The position numbers were made by a program, and so were the translations under genes. From an uncultured Nitrososphaeraceae archaeon (lineage in GTDB: Archaea > Thermoproteota > Nitrososphaeria > Nitrososphaerales > Nitrososphaeraceae), in contig CAWIMJ010000056.1 of the NCBI GenBank assembly GCA_963837175.1, forward strand, positions 34,368-66,367: 32,000 nucleotides of DNA. Direction: 5' to 3'. Positions 1 through 9,721 of the stretch are shown one piece after another. The notes below the pieces were generated by a model. That model saw nothing but the letters and a program-made list of their open reading frames with translations, searched no databases and had not been told where the DNA came from. Position 1 is the first letter of the stretch. Every line of letters begins with the position of its first letter.

Positions 1-1
1 T

Positions 2-475
2 CAAATAAGATTATTTCATAAAATCGATTCAGAAAGAGTCTTAAAATTAATTACCGATATTATAGTTAATGAATTTAAGTTTAAACTTGAGTTTAACTCT
101 CTGGATTCTGATCTGCTTTGCATAGAAGAACATTATAACAAATCTGACGGAGGATGCTTTTGGGTCGCACAAGAGCCAACACATAAACAAATCGTGGGTA
201 CAACAGGAATAAGAAATTTGAAACAATATGCATCGACTTGTGAATTAAAGCGAATGTATGTATTAAAAGAGTATAGGAGATTAGGAATAGGTGAAAAGAT
301 GCTTGATACGGCATTAGAATTTGCTAAAAACATTGGCTATTCGAAAATAGTTTTGGATAGTTCAAAATATTTAGAAGGTGCACGAGCGCTCTACTTAAAG
401 AATGGCTTTGTAGATATTGCTAGGTATAATGATAATCATAGAGCAGATATCTTCATGGAAAAAAGCCTCTATTGA
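2..475 (+). CDS. GNAT-family N-acetyltransferase (5' end lies outside the window)
   Basis: The frame of track ORF 194..475 stays open back to position 2 (QIRLFHKIDSERVLKL...CFWVAQEPTHKQIVGTTG...). It has a GNAT acetyl-CoA motif region (VLKEYRRLGIGEKMLDTALEFAK) followed by ALYLKNGF. Stop TGA at 473-475. Confidence 0.8.
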   Translation, partial: QIRLFHKIDSERVLKLITDIIVNEFKFKLEFNSLDSDLLCIEEHYNKSDGGCFWVAQEPTHKQIVGTTGIRNLKQYASTCELKRMYVLKEYRRLGIGEKMLDTALEFAKNIGYSKIVLDSSKYLEGARALYLKNGFVDIARYNDNHRADIFMEKSLY

Positions 476-713
476 TAAATATATATGTATGAAGTATTAT
501 TTTAGATCCTAGCATAACTAATTTATAAATCAGAAAGTCACAATTATTACAAATTGCAGAAACAAATGGGTTAAAAATATAACCACTTAATTGAATCCCA
601 GAGTATTGATAGACGCTCCTAATGAGTATCTAATTGTTAGGCATCAGATCTATCGGTGGATCCACTTTATTAATAGACAAAAATTAGTCCATCCTATTAC
701 ACAGGTAGTAAAC

Positions 714-1593
714 ATGAAGATAGGCTATCCCTGTATAAACACAAGTATTGAACGTCATTCCAGCTCCACTTTTAGATTGGCTTGCTATTCTGAAAAGCGA
801 TTAATTCAAACTGTAAGAGACAATTTATTACATCTTCATAAGATTATAAAATATAATGTACACCATCATTTGAGATTTTTTAGAATTAGTTCAAATCTTG
901 ATACCGTTTGCTTCTCATCCAATATGTAAATTCAACTGGATAAATCATTTTAAATCAGAATTTAGACAGTTAGGTCAATATATCAAAGCAAATAATATCA
1001 GAATATCATGCATCCTGATCAATTTGTTGTTCTTAACGCCTTTAATGAAAAAGTGACCACTAGTAGTATAAATGAATTAGAATATCATTGTAATATTTTA
1101 GATGAAATGGATCTCGACCAAACTGGCAAAGTTCAAATCCATGTAGGCGGAGTTTATGGAGATAATGCGAAGGCTAGGAAAAGGTTCATTGAATGTTATT
1201 CTACTTTAAATGAATCTATAAAGAAGAGGATTGCTATAGAAAATGATGACCATTTGTTTAATTTACAAGATTGCTTGGATATTAATGAATTAACAGGTAT
1301 TCCAGTTGTTTTGATAACTTTCATCATGAATGCTTTAATTACAAAGAAGAATCAACTATTCAAGCAATTAAAAAAGCAATTTCAACATGGAAAGTTAAAG
1401 ATGGATTAGCGATGCTTGACTACAGTAGTCAAAGTAAGGGAGGAAAGGAAAACATGCAACTACACTTGACCCTTCGTTATTCCGAAAGTTGATAATGGAA
1501 TCACAAAGCGTAGATTATGATTTAATGCTAGAAATAAAAGATAAAGAAAAAAGTGCAATATTAGCATTGAAATTATTAGTCGACACAAAATAA
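714..1593 (+). pseudogene. uvdE: UV-damage endonuclease (UvdE family) broken by at least four frameshifts
   Basis: MKIGYPCIN...FFRISSNL (frame 0) continues as IPFASHPICKFNW...NNIRIS in frame +1 from 901. It then continues as MHPDQFVVLN...IHVGGVYGDNAKARKRF...IAIENDD...GIPVV from 1008, then FDNFHHECFNYKEE...WKVKDGLAMLDYSSQSKGGK from 1313, then GKHATTLDPSLFRK...DYDLMLEIKDKEKSAI to TAA at 1591-1593. The joined length of about 293 codons and these motifs fit UvdE. Track ORFs 591..929 and 1008..1409 are fragments of it. Confidence 0.8.
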
Positions 1594-1829
1594 TCATTTG
1601 TAACTAAGTTTGTGGATTACTCATTCATGATATTACGACTCTACCATCTTATCTAAATAATCTGGATATACAAAGTAATTCTATTGTTTTATATGCTCTT
1701 TTAGAGATTATATAAATTAGAGATTCATATATTTCTGTATATGTCAATCTGCTCCTAAGTATTCGCCTTTTATTTCATTGTGCCTATGTTGACCGAAACT
1801 CCTTAGATGTATATAGACAAAACAATTGG

Positions 1830-2402
1830 CTAATTCTTCGTATTCTCAATAGCTCGTTTCTTTTTCCTTTGAATTAAAATTATGCTAACCATTAGTGTAA
1901 TACCAACTGTAATAGCAACAACTACTATAACTAGAATAAAAGCTAACGACGAAGAGCCTAAGTTCCAAGATTCTGCTATATCAATAAAATAGATAAAATT
2001 GAGGGTTTGCTTGCTATAACTCACATCATTTACATCAATATATAGTATGTATCTTCCTGATTCTGGAAATACATAGTCATAATTGTAATGACCATATGGT
2101 ACCAATATCTGAGGGGTATTTTCTAGCTCAACGTTGTCTTTGACTATCTTTATGACGACAGGAATATCAATTAGATCATCTCCATTAACACTTCCAAATC
2201 TCAATAGAATCCTACTGTTCTCTCCTATTACAGGATTTTTTGGATCTGTTACCATCTCTACTTCGTAGTTACCAATTCTTTGTTTGACTGCACTTTTAAG
2301 AGAATCTGCATATACTTGATGTGATGGAATTATTATTGACGCAATAGTAATAATCATAATAAAAGCAATCAATGAAGCAATAGAGAAGCGCATTATACGC
2401 AA
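1830..2402 (-). CDS. hypothetical exported protein with N-terminal signal/anchor and C-terminal TM helix plus basic tail
   Basis: 190 aa. Hydrophobic N-terminus (FSIASLIAFIMIITIASIII), a beta-rich middle (NYEVEMVTDPKNPVIGENSRILLRF...GRYILYIDVNDV) and a C-terminal TM (LAFILVIVVVAITVGITLMVSIILI) followed by QRKKKR. No family recognised with confidence. Confidence 0.55.
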   Translation of the reverse strand: MRIMRFSIASLIAFIMIITIASIIIPSHQVYADSLKSAVKQRIGNYEVEMVTDPKNPVIGENSRILLRFGSVNGDDLIDIPVVIKIVKDNVELENTPQILVPYGHYNYDYVFPESGRYILYIDVNDVSYSKQTLNFIYFIDIAESWNLGSSSLAFILVIVVVAITVGITLMVSIILIQRKKKRAIENTKN

Positions 2403-3033
2403 ATTTTATTGTTATACTCTTACTTTAAAATCTATCTAGAAAACCAAGTGAATTAATTTGAATGAATGACTTAATTTTGAATTTTTCTCCGTATGCGTTT
2501 TTGACTTGTTGTACGCTTTCCTTTTTGCAATTTGTCTACACGGTTCTTAAACATTTCACTATAATTGTCAATAATTTCGTCCACAAAGATTTGGTATAAT
2601 AAAATAATTTGTGGCTCTGACTATTTTATCAATGACCAGGAGTGCATAGTATTATTGTTAATGCTGTCTATGTCACACACTTATAGATATCCATATGATA
2701 GCTTACTTACAAGTGAATTATTACTCTTGTAAAAGTGATTATAAATTGAATCAACTCTTGATAAAGAATCACGTTGTATCATTGTCGAGGTTTGAATTCA
2801 ATTACAGAAATTAACATTTCAGACAATTTATTTGCTTTTAGAAGATTGAAGATTATACTAATCTGCTTACTAATTAATATAGTTTCTGAAGAAAAATGAA
2901 ACCTAAATTTATTCGTCCTTTATAAAATAGTTTATGATATCTTAAACTTAAAGCTAATTACGTAGTATATTTTTTGTTTTCTCAAGCCTCTTGTTGAACA
3001 GACCTTATCAGCCTAGCACACATAATAAATTTT

Positions 3034-3189
3034 ATGGAATTACTTGAATCCATCACATGGATTGTATTAGGTTTTGTGCCAACATTGATTTTTTTGGAAA
3101 TGTCATGGAGAATGGGAAAAGTGGTAGGTAGAAGAAGTAGGATGACAGGGATTATGCAGCGAAAAGTGACTAGGGGGGAAATAAAGTGA
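3034..3189 (+). CDS. small (51 aa) putative membrane protein, below the ORF-track cutoff
   Basis: ATG at 3034. MELLESITWIVLGFVPTLIFLEMSWRMGKVVGRRSRMTG... gives one hydrophobic helix then a basic tail. Its stop overlaps the GTG start of the next ORF (GTGA, 3186-3189), suggesting translational coupling. Confidence 0.35.
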   Translation: MELLESITWIVLGFVPTLIFLEMSWRMGKVVGRRSRMTGIMQRKVTRGEIK

Positions 3190-3464
3190 AATCAGGAAGA
3201 TATTTTAGCAAAGATGTTTTGGCATTAGAGACGCCGCGTATAGGATATGTGATAAGAGAAAAAGAGAATCAAATTATCGTATTTAATGGTATAATGGACA
3301 GATATGACATTCCAAAGTCGGAAATCCAAAATACTGGACAAAATGTACTAATTGGTCTTCCTTTGTATGCGATAGTACACAAGTATAAAGTGAGTCGTGA
3401 AGACCCATTACCTATAAGTACAACAGAGAGATATGAACAAGTTAGAAGTTATAGGAGTTGCTAA
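3186..3464 (+). CDS. hypothetical protein (92 aa)
   Basis: GTG start overlapping the upstream mini-ORF. The sequence is soluble and beta-rich (IGYVIREKENQIIVFNG...YDIPKSEIQNTGQNVLIGLP). No confident family assignment. Confidence 0.45.
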   Translation: MKSGRYFSKDVLALETPRIGYVIREKENQIIVFNGIMDRYDIPKSEIQNTGQNVLIGLPLYAIVHKYKVSREDPLPISTTERYEQVRSYRSC

Positions 3465-3761
3465 AGACTAGACAATAACTCTACAGATGCATATTTTTCA
3501 ATCTGTTGTAGCTTGAATATTATTTATAGATAGGTCGGTATACGTGTAACAAAGTCCCAAATGCAAAAATACGAATATATGACATATATACTAAAAATAT
3601 ATATAATTTACTTAAGTTCAGAGCTTGCAAAATACTAGAAGTTATTTGAGTAAATTCAAAAATGATGGTTTATTTGCCTGATAAGTCAACGAAAAAAAGG
3701 AATGTACAGAATCAGCTATTTTATACATGAGATCTGATTTAATTAATTTTTTTTCTTTCAT

Positions 3762-4160
3762 TTAAGCGTTGATATTCTTCCTCAACTTTTTTGTAATATG
3801 TATGTGCTTTTCATTCCAGTGTTTAACAAAATCACTGATTAGCGGTTGGTAACTGCTCAATTCACTATAATTTTTTTTAGCGAGATTGCCAAACTTACGT
3901 CCATATGTTACACACGTCCAACATCCAACGAATGGCATCAATGGGGCAATATAGTAACCTGTCTGTCTTCCCGTAAATCCCCAAGCTTCACCTACCATAC
4001 AGTATTTAGAGTCATTCCGCATGGTTGATTTATCGTTTTCATTTAATCCTGATTTCAACTTCTTATACCAAATAGGACATATTTGTTCAATGGTTAGATC
4101 TGAAAATGACGCTTTCATTTGTCCTCTTTCTTCTCTTGGTATTTGATTTTGCATCTTCAT
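3762..4160 (-). CDS. hypothetical protein (132 aa) with a CWTC motif
   Basis: Uninterrupted ORF with non-repetitive composition. It contains CMVGEAWGFTGRQTGYYIAPLMPFVGCWTCVTYG. The overlapping plus-strand ORF 3846..4028 looks like an antisense artefact. Confidence 0.5.
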   Translation of the reverse strand: MKMQNQIPREERGQMKASFSDLTIEQICPIWYKKLKSGLNENDKSTMRNDSKYCMVGEAWGFTGRQTGYYIAPLMPFVGCWTCVTYGRKFGNLAKKNYSELSSYQPLISDFVKHWNEKHIHITKKLRKNINA

Positions 4161-5132
4161 TGTAATTCCTATTCCTACATATTTAATATTTTGCGTTGAT
4201 ATGTGATAGATTAGTAAGCAAGTTCACATGCTAATTTAACTTATATACAGCGTGTACGGATTTTTCATCAACGGAAAAAGTAGCCCTGACTTCTAATTGA
4301 TTAAGTTGGATTTGTACAATTATACAAGGAGATATAGCTTATTTAATTTCCAAAATGTCCAATATTACAAGTATCAATACATATTGGAAAACAACAAATG
4401 CTGTTAAAACAAGCATACTTTACAAGTTATAAACCAACGAGACTACTTGCCTCCGTCTGCATTTTCTAGTTGTATCTATCTTGGAGAACTTATAGGTATA
4501 GATGACATTTCAAACAGGAGCTGATGGAATACCAGTAATAATGAGCATTCGAACGAGAATTAAAAAGCAACTATCAAATTGATCTGTTCTAAACAAGCTG
4601 GATGCCACAGATATTTTAACGAATATTAAGTCTCTAACACAGATGGGCTAAGAAAAGAAGCGGATTCAGGATACTATAGTATTATTGACAATAACAACAA
4701 ACTGCCCCAAGGATGGCAATTCAAAAGTACTTTAGTTCTATTAGCTAAATATACGATAAATATGTCCATAAAATCTACTTTTTTCGACAATTCTCTTAAT
4801 TAAAATATATCAACTACATCGGAAGCGATCCCAATGCATATATTAGTATACCATAAAAATTAAGTTAAGATGAAGTAAAGGACTTAGTCAACAAAGGCCA
4901 AGACAGTAGAAAAAGCCAGCAGAAAACAAAATTTTCAATTCAGACAAAGATATTAACCTGAGTATCAAGAAGAACTAGCAATAACAAATCAATAAATAAA
5001 TTTTTTAACAAAAATCACACTTTTTGTCTATATGTGATATGTATATATGCAAAATTAGTTAGCTATCGGTTTTGATAACTAATTATTATAGAGTGGAGAG
5101 AATATTGTCTTGAATAAATAAAGTTGGCATCA

Positions 5133-5638
5133 TCAAATTACTCTTATTATAGCAAATCCAATTATGAATCCTAAAACAGCGCCAAATGTCGGCAGCCATT
5201 TTCTTTCTCTATGTGCCTTTGGTATCATGTCATAATGCAACATATAAAATATACCTCCTGCCGATAAAGCAAGTATTAATCCAATGATATGGGTCATTCC
5301 TTGTAAATAGATTAAACCAACTAAGCCAAGAATAGTTGGAATTATGGATACTATTCCTATAGCAATGAGTGCTTTTTTGCTAGTATTAAACGCTGTTTTC
5401 CAGATCTCATTTCGCGATATGACGCAATACCCTCAGGGACGTTCTGGATTCCAATCAGGATAGCAATGGCAAGACCAGGGCCTGCTGCGATGGAAGCACC
5501 AATTGCAAGCGACTCAGGAATTGAATCTAATCCGATTCCAAGAAGAATACCCGCTCCACCACCTTTGCGCTCAGCTATTAAATCTGTTAGAGTGAATATT
5601 ATTGATCCACCTATAAAGAACAATACTGTCATAATCAA
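5133..5638 (-). pseudogene. ZIP-family-like metal permease, frameshifted and probably 5'-truncated
   Basis: Track ORF 5357..5638 carries paired ZIP-type motifs (GIGLDSIPESLAIGAS and IGIQNVPEGIASYREM). After ...REMRSGK the sense continues in another frame as TAFNTSKKALIAIGIVSIIPTILGLVGLIYLQGMTHIIGLILALSAGGIFYMLHYDMIPKAHRERKWLPTFGAVLGFIIGFAIIRVI to a stop at 5133-5135. The shift sits in the homopolymer at 5396-5399. Only about 168 codons in total, so the N-terminal helices of typical roughly 250-aa ZIPs appear to be missing. Confidence 0.6.
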
Positions 5639-6412
5639 ATGATGGTAAAAAATTCAGAAGATATACTTGAGGATATGAATGCAGTGCAAGTTAGAAAAAG
5701 TGTAAATAAGAAAACTGTAGCCATATTAGTTTTTGGCGCATGTGAAAATCATGGCGACCATATGCCATTTGGATCAGATTTCATTGTTCCTATCGAGTTG
5801 GCAAAAAGGGTTGCTAGGAAATCACACAATGTAATTGTACTGCCTGCTATGCCGTTTGGAGTTAGTTTGCATCATATTGCATTTCAGATGACTATAAGTT
5901 TGGAGCCGAGCACACTTATCAAAGTCATAGAAGATCTTTTCAGAAGTCTTGTTAAAAATGGAATAAGTAGGATTCTTGTCATTAATGGGCATGATGGAAA
6001 TATCCCGGCAATAGAACTAGCTGCAAGGATTATAAAAGATAGATATCCAGAAGTCATAATTGCTTGTTTGGAAGCTTGGTGGATGCTGGTCGGCGAAATT
6101 AAAAAAGATCTTTTCGAAGTATGGAATGGACTTGGGCATGGCGGAGAAGCCGAAACCTCAGCAATGCTTGCAGTCCGTCCTGATTTGGTGGAAATGAATA
6201 ATGCGCCGAAAGAGATAATTCCAAACTTACCCAATAATATAAGAATTTACTTTAATTTTAATGAGCTAACAAATACGGGAGCGACTGGTGCTCCTATGAA
6301 AGCATCTATTCAGAAGGGGGAGAACGCTTTGAGTGCTCTCGAAGATGTTTTGCTTTCATTTGTAAATAAAATGGAAAAGTTTGAATGGAAGTACGGAATT
6401 TCCTTACAATAA
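5639..6412 (+). CDS. creatininase-family amidohydrolase (creatinine amidohydrolase / ArfB-like fold)
   Basis: 257 aa. AILVFGACENHGDHMPFGSDFIVP, VLPAMPFGVSLHH, ILVINGHDGN and GHGGEAETS are typical metal-ligand and active-site blocks of the creatininase family. Confidence 0.8.
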   Translation: MMVKNSEDILEDMNAVQVRKSVNKKTVAILVFGACENHGDHMPFGSDFIVPIELAKRVARKSHNVIVLPAMPFGVSLHHIAFQMTISLEPSTLIKVIEDLFRSLVKNGISRILVINGHDGNIPAIELAARIIKDRYPEVIIACLEAWWMLVGEIKKDLFEVWNGLGHGGEAETSAMLAVRPDLVEMNNAPKEIIPNLPNNIRIYFNFNELTNTGATGAPMKASIQKGENALSALEDVLLSFVNKMEKFEWKYGISLQ

Positions 6413-6830
6413 AATCAACAATTCAAAATGAAAATTATTAGAAGTCTAACGATATATATAGATATGATGATAAAAATTGCTCATTCTGACTATAGAATCA
6501 ATTGTAATGAGTATTGAGTTATTTCATGCAATAAGACAAAAAGACTGTTAGATTTCCCTAATATTTCTTAATGATGGATTTTGTAGCATTATAAATACAG
6601 GTAATGAATTTATAATTTGAAGCCATGAACCCACAGATTTTATTGATGATATTCTTCTTCATCTATCGGATGTATTAGAAGAAAGAATAAACTAACATGC
6701 AGGGACTGTGATGATGTCATTGACGTAGTTGATATTGTCTCTTAATTATACAGAAAATGCAATATATAAAAGACGTCTATTTTGATTTGAATCTTTATGA
6801 ATATATATTTGAGCTTTACATAAGGCCGAT

Positions 6831-7157
6831 TCACTTTTTATGTTGTTTATCATACCTTAGCTTTAGTCCTATTAGGAGAACATTGAGAACGAAGCCGCTT
6901 ACATTAGTACCAATTATTACAAGGTCATTTCTTAGAATGCCATATATTATCCACAAAAACATTCCAGTTGATATAAGCCCCAAGAGATAAATTGAGACGT
7001 CGATCATCCTCTTCGTCTTGTATGCCTTGATTACTTGTGGAATAAACGACGATAATACCAATACGCCAGCAACAATACCTATGCTGTCAGCTAGGGCAAA
7101 GTAGTTTTGTAACATAAATGAAAGACCGCATTTTCTTTGATATAAAGCAACTTGCAT
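6831..7157 (-). CDS. SemiSWEET / PQ-loop family small sugar-type transporter
   Basis: Three predicted TM helices with the PQ motif (SSFIPQVIKAYKTKRMIDVS) and a basic C-tail. The more likely start is the internal Met at 7115 (MLQNYFALADS..., 94 aa). Confidence 0.7.
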   Translation of the reverse strand: MQVALYQRKCGLSFMLQNYFALADSIGIVAGVLVLSSFIPQVIKAYKTKRMIDVSIYLLGLISTGMFLWIIYGILRNDLVIIGTNVSGFVLNVLLIGLKLRYDKQHKK

Positions 7158-7943
7158 CTGTCTATTTTTTGCTACTAGAAGGGTTTACAACAGTATCGTT
7201 CTAGTCTTCTATACATAATCATGATAACAAAATATTAACCTCTAAGAGCTTGATCATTCAAATTGTTTTCAATACTACTAAACACTTGTCAACAGCTCTA
7301 AGATGTGCATACTAAAATCTTTGGCTTGACAAGGAAGATGATCCGTGGCAAAAAGATTTAAGAAAATATCTAGATGCTGTAATGCAGCTGAGCTCTGGTC
7401 AATTCTACCTGTGATTCTACAGTGACTTCTGTAAAATACTGAGATAGAGACTTTAGCTTCACCAAGAAGAATTAACAGTTAAGTTTGGCAAATGTTATCA
7501 AGAGTTTTAAAATTTTTAATGAATATTGATTTTCAATACTGGGGTTGTTTCCAGCGTATCGAAGCGTTATGATTTAGATAAAATGTAGAATATATATTAC
7601 AATATACTCTGTAAATAGATTTTAGAAGTCAATTCTAATAGAACGAATTAAAAAAAAATAAAGGTTATAAATTTCATAATATTATATAACATTAAATTAC
7701 ATTAACTTATAATATTATTAAAGTGCTACCTTATTAATACTAAAATAAAGCCTCTTAAGTAATAAAGTAGAATTATATATGAATATCTCCTATATGTGCC
7801 TAATTGTGAATAGCTATGACTAATGAACTGTTTTATTTAAATCTGAGATCTGTAGCCAATTCTAGCCATAGCACATATCTTCACACAATTGTTCAGTTAT
7901 TTAGTTATTTGCCTATAAAGCAAAGTTTTCAGAGGTTTATCAC

Positions 7944-9398
7944 TTGACTGTCCAACAACATAAGTCAAAGATTAGAGAATTAGACAAGAAGCGATGGATG
8001 GTAAGATTCCTCATACTCTCTGCAGTTGCTGTGGTTTTGGTAATTAAACTTTACTTAACATTATTTGTAATGGATAGATTATTGGGGATCTATAGCTTCC
8101 TTACAACCTTTATATTATTTAATATATTGACATTCGCTTGGCTGAGATATAGAGATCCTTATTTTAAAGCCAAAGACACTGACCTTTCAGATGTTAAACC
8201 GCCTCTTATTTCAATTGTAGTACCAGTAAAAAATGAAGAAGATAATATCAAAAACTGCGTTATGTCTTGCGTGAATCAATCATATAAGAATAAAGAAATT
8301 ATCGTAGTAAATGATGGTAGTACTGATAATACACCTAGAATTCTAGATGAAATCCGAGCAAAAGTAGGACCAGAGGAGATGCATATACTTCACTTATCCA
8401 AAAGTGTTGGAAAAAAAAGGGCAGTTGAAGCAGCAAGTGAAATCGCTAAAGGAGAAATTTATGCTTTTATGGATAGCGATTGTGATATGGCAAGTGATGC
8501 TGTTGAAAAAGCTGCGAAGATCTTTATGTCAGATACGTTAATTGGAGCCTTGACTGCACAGGGAAAAGTCAGAGGTGCGCATACCGGTAATATATTATTA
8601 AAAATGCAACAAGTATACATTGATGGATCATATAGAGTAATAAAAGGATCCGAAAGCTCATTTAATTCACTTACCTGCTGCTCAGGATCGCTGAGTTTCT
8701 ATAAAAGAGCCGCTATTCAGGACTTTATCCACGAATGGGCGCACGATCGCTTTTTAGGTGTAGACTTTAAATTCTGTACTGACAGACGTATGACTGCACA
8801 TGTGCTTGGAACAAAGGTTATTTTAAACGATAATAATTTGCCAAATCAAGAGAAGCGGCGTCAAAAGATTCCAATACTACAAACTGGAAATGATGATCTA
8901 GATTCTATGAAATCATCTTCAGATCCGGATATGGATGATGATAAACGTACATCCAAACCTTATTGGAAAGTGTTGTTTAGTTCAAGCATTAGAGTAGCCA
9001 TAGGAGTTCCTGACAGCGTTCCAGCACTTATGAAACAACAGATAAGGTGGAAAAAAAGTTTCCTCCGAAGTCTCTCCTCAACGGGTGGAATATTCTGGAA
9101 ACGTCCTCCTTATGCAGCAATGTTGTATTACATACAAACTGGCATGAAATTTATCCGTCCATTTATTCTGCTCCATGCAGCAATTATGCTACCACTTACA
9201 GGGGATATTTTATCACCTATACTGTGGTTGTCAGGAATAATGTTTACAGGAATGATTTATGGAGTAGACTTCAGGTTACGAAATCCCGGCGATAAATTAT
9301 GGTTGTATCGTCCCCTATTTACATTCCTTACAACATTTGTATATACTTGGTTGCTTATTTGGGCTGGAATTACCATTAGAAAACAATCATGGAGATAA
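7944..9398 (+). CDS. membrane-integrated family-2 glycosyltransferase, NodC/hyaluronan-synthase-like processive type
   Basis: 484 aa. N- and C-terminal TM helices flank a GT2 core: ISIVVPVKNEEDNI, VVNDGSTDNT, FMDSDCD, TCCSGSLSFYKR, CTDRRMT and QQIRWKKSF (Q-x-x-R-W). TTG start at 7944; an alternative ATG lies at 7995. Confidence 0.8.
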   Translation: MTVQQHKSKIRELDKKRWMVRFLILSAVAVVLVIKLYLTLFVMDRLLGIYSFLTTFILFNILTFAWLRYRDPYFKAKDTDLSDVKPPLISIVVPVKNEEDNIKNCVMSCVNQSYKNKEIIVVNDGSTDNTPRILDEIRAKVGPEEMHILHLSKSVGKKRAVEAASEIAKGEIYAFMDSDCDMASDAVEKAAKIFMSDTLIGALTAQGKVRGAHTGNILLKMQQVYIDGSYRVIKGSESSFNSLTCCSGSLSFYKRAAIQDFIHEWAHDRFLGVDFKFCTDRRMTAHVLGTKVILNDNNLPNQEKRRQKIPILQTGNDDLDSMKSSSDPDMDDDKRTSKPYWKVLFSSSIRVAIGVPDSVPALMKQQIRWKKSFLRSLSSTGGIFWKRPPYAAMLYYIQTGMKFIRPFILLHAAIMLPLTGDILSPILWLSGIMFTGMIYGVDFRLRNPGDKLWLYRPLFTFLTTFVYTWLLIWAGITIRKQSWR

Positions 9399-9721
9399 AT
9401 GCACAGTATGCTAATGGACTATCTCTGTTCATGCGTAGCTACTACTCTACGAAGAAGCAAATTATAAATAACAATTCTTATTCATAATTTTTAGCTAGGC
9501 AAATGAAGTTCAAAAGAGAGAGAAGCTAAAGAAGTACTGAGTATAGCATACAATGTATTTATCTCGATAAATACATTCTATCTATGAAATTTGAGAAACG
9601 AAAATCATTAAGCAATGCTATTGTTGTTTTAAGTCTTTGCAGCGTTAGTTAATTAATAAGTATATATGGAAAGATAACTTAATAAGGACAAATTGAATAT
9701 TTGTTGTGATTTAAGAAATAA

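Noticed and set aside
93-333. Track ORFs 93..314 and 133..333 on the minus strand
   Set aside because: They are antisense to the GNAT gene, which has clear motifs. Their hydrophobic, low-complexity translations are typical of shadow ORFs in AT-rich DNA.
591-713. N-terminal extension of track ORF 591..929 (TTG start)
   Set aside because: UvdE homologs begin near MKIGYPCIN (ATG 714). The upstream 41 codons look like read-through of non-coding DNA.
3662-3737. C/D-box sRNA candidate (AUGAUGG ... CUGA ... AUGAGAU-CUGA)
   Set aside because: The first guide spacer is 9 nt. There are 52 nt between the D' and D boxes, and the putative C' box abuts the D box with no guide region. The layout does not fit archaeal C/D sRNAs.
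5884-6234. 116-aa minus-strand ORF inside the creatininase-family gene
   Set aside because: It is antisense to a gene with strong family motifs and has no motifs of its own.
6757-6990. 77-aa plus-strand ORF overlapping the SemiSWEET gene
   Set aside because: It is antisense to the PQ-loop transporter, whose 3-TM architecture and PQ motif are convincing.
9047-9295. 82-aa alternative-frame ORF within the glycosyltransferase gene
   Set aside because: It is embedded in the conserved C-terminal TM region of the GT2 protein, on the same strand in a different frame, with no independent support.
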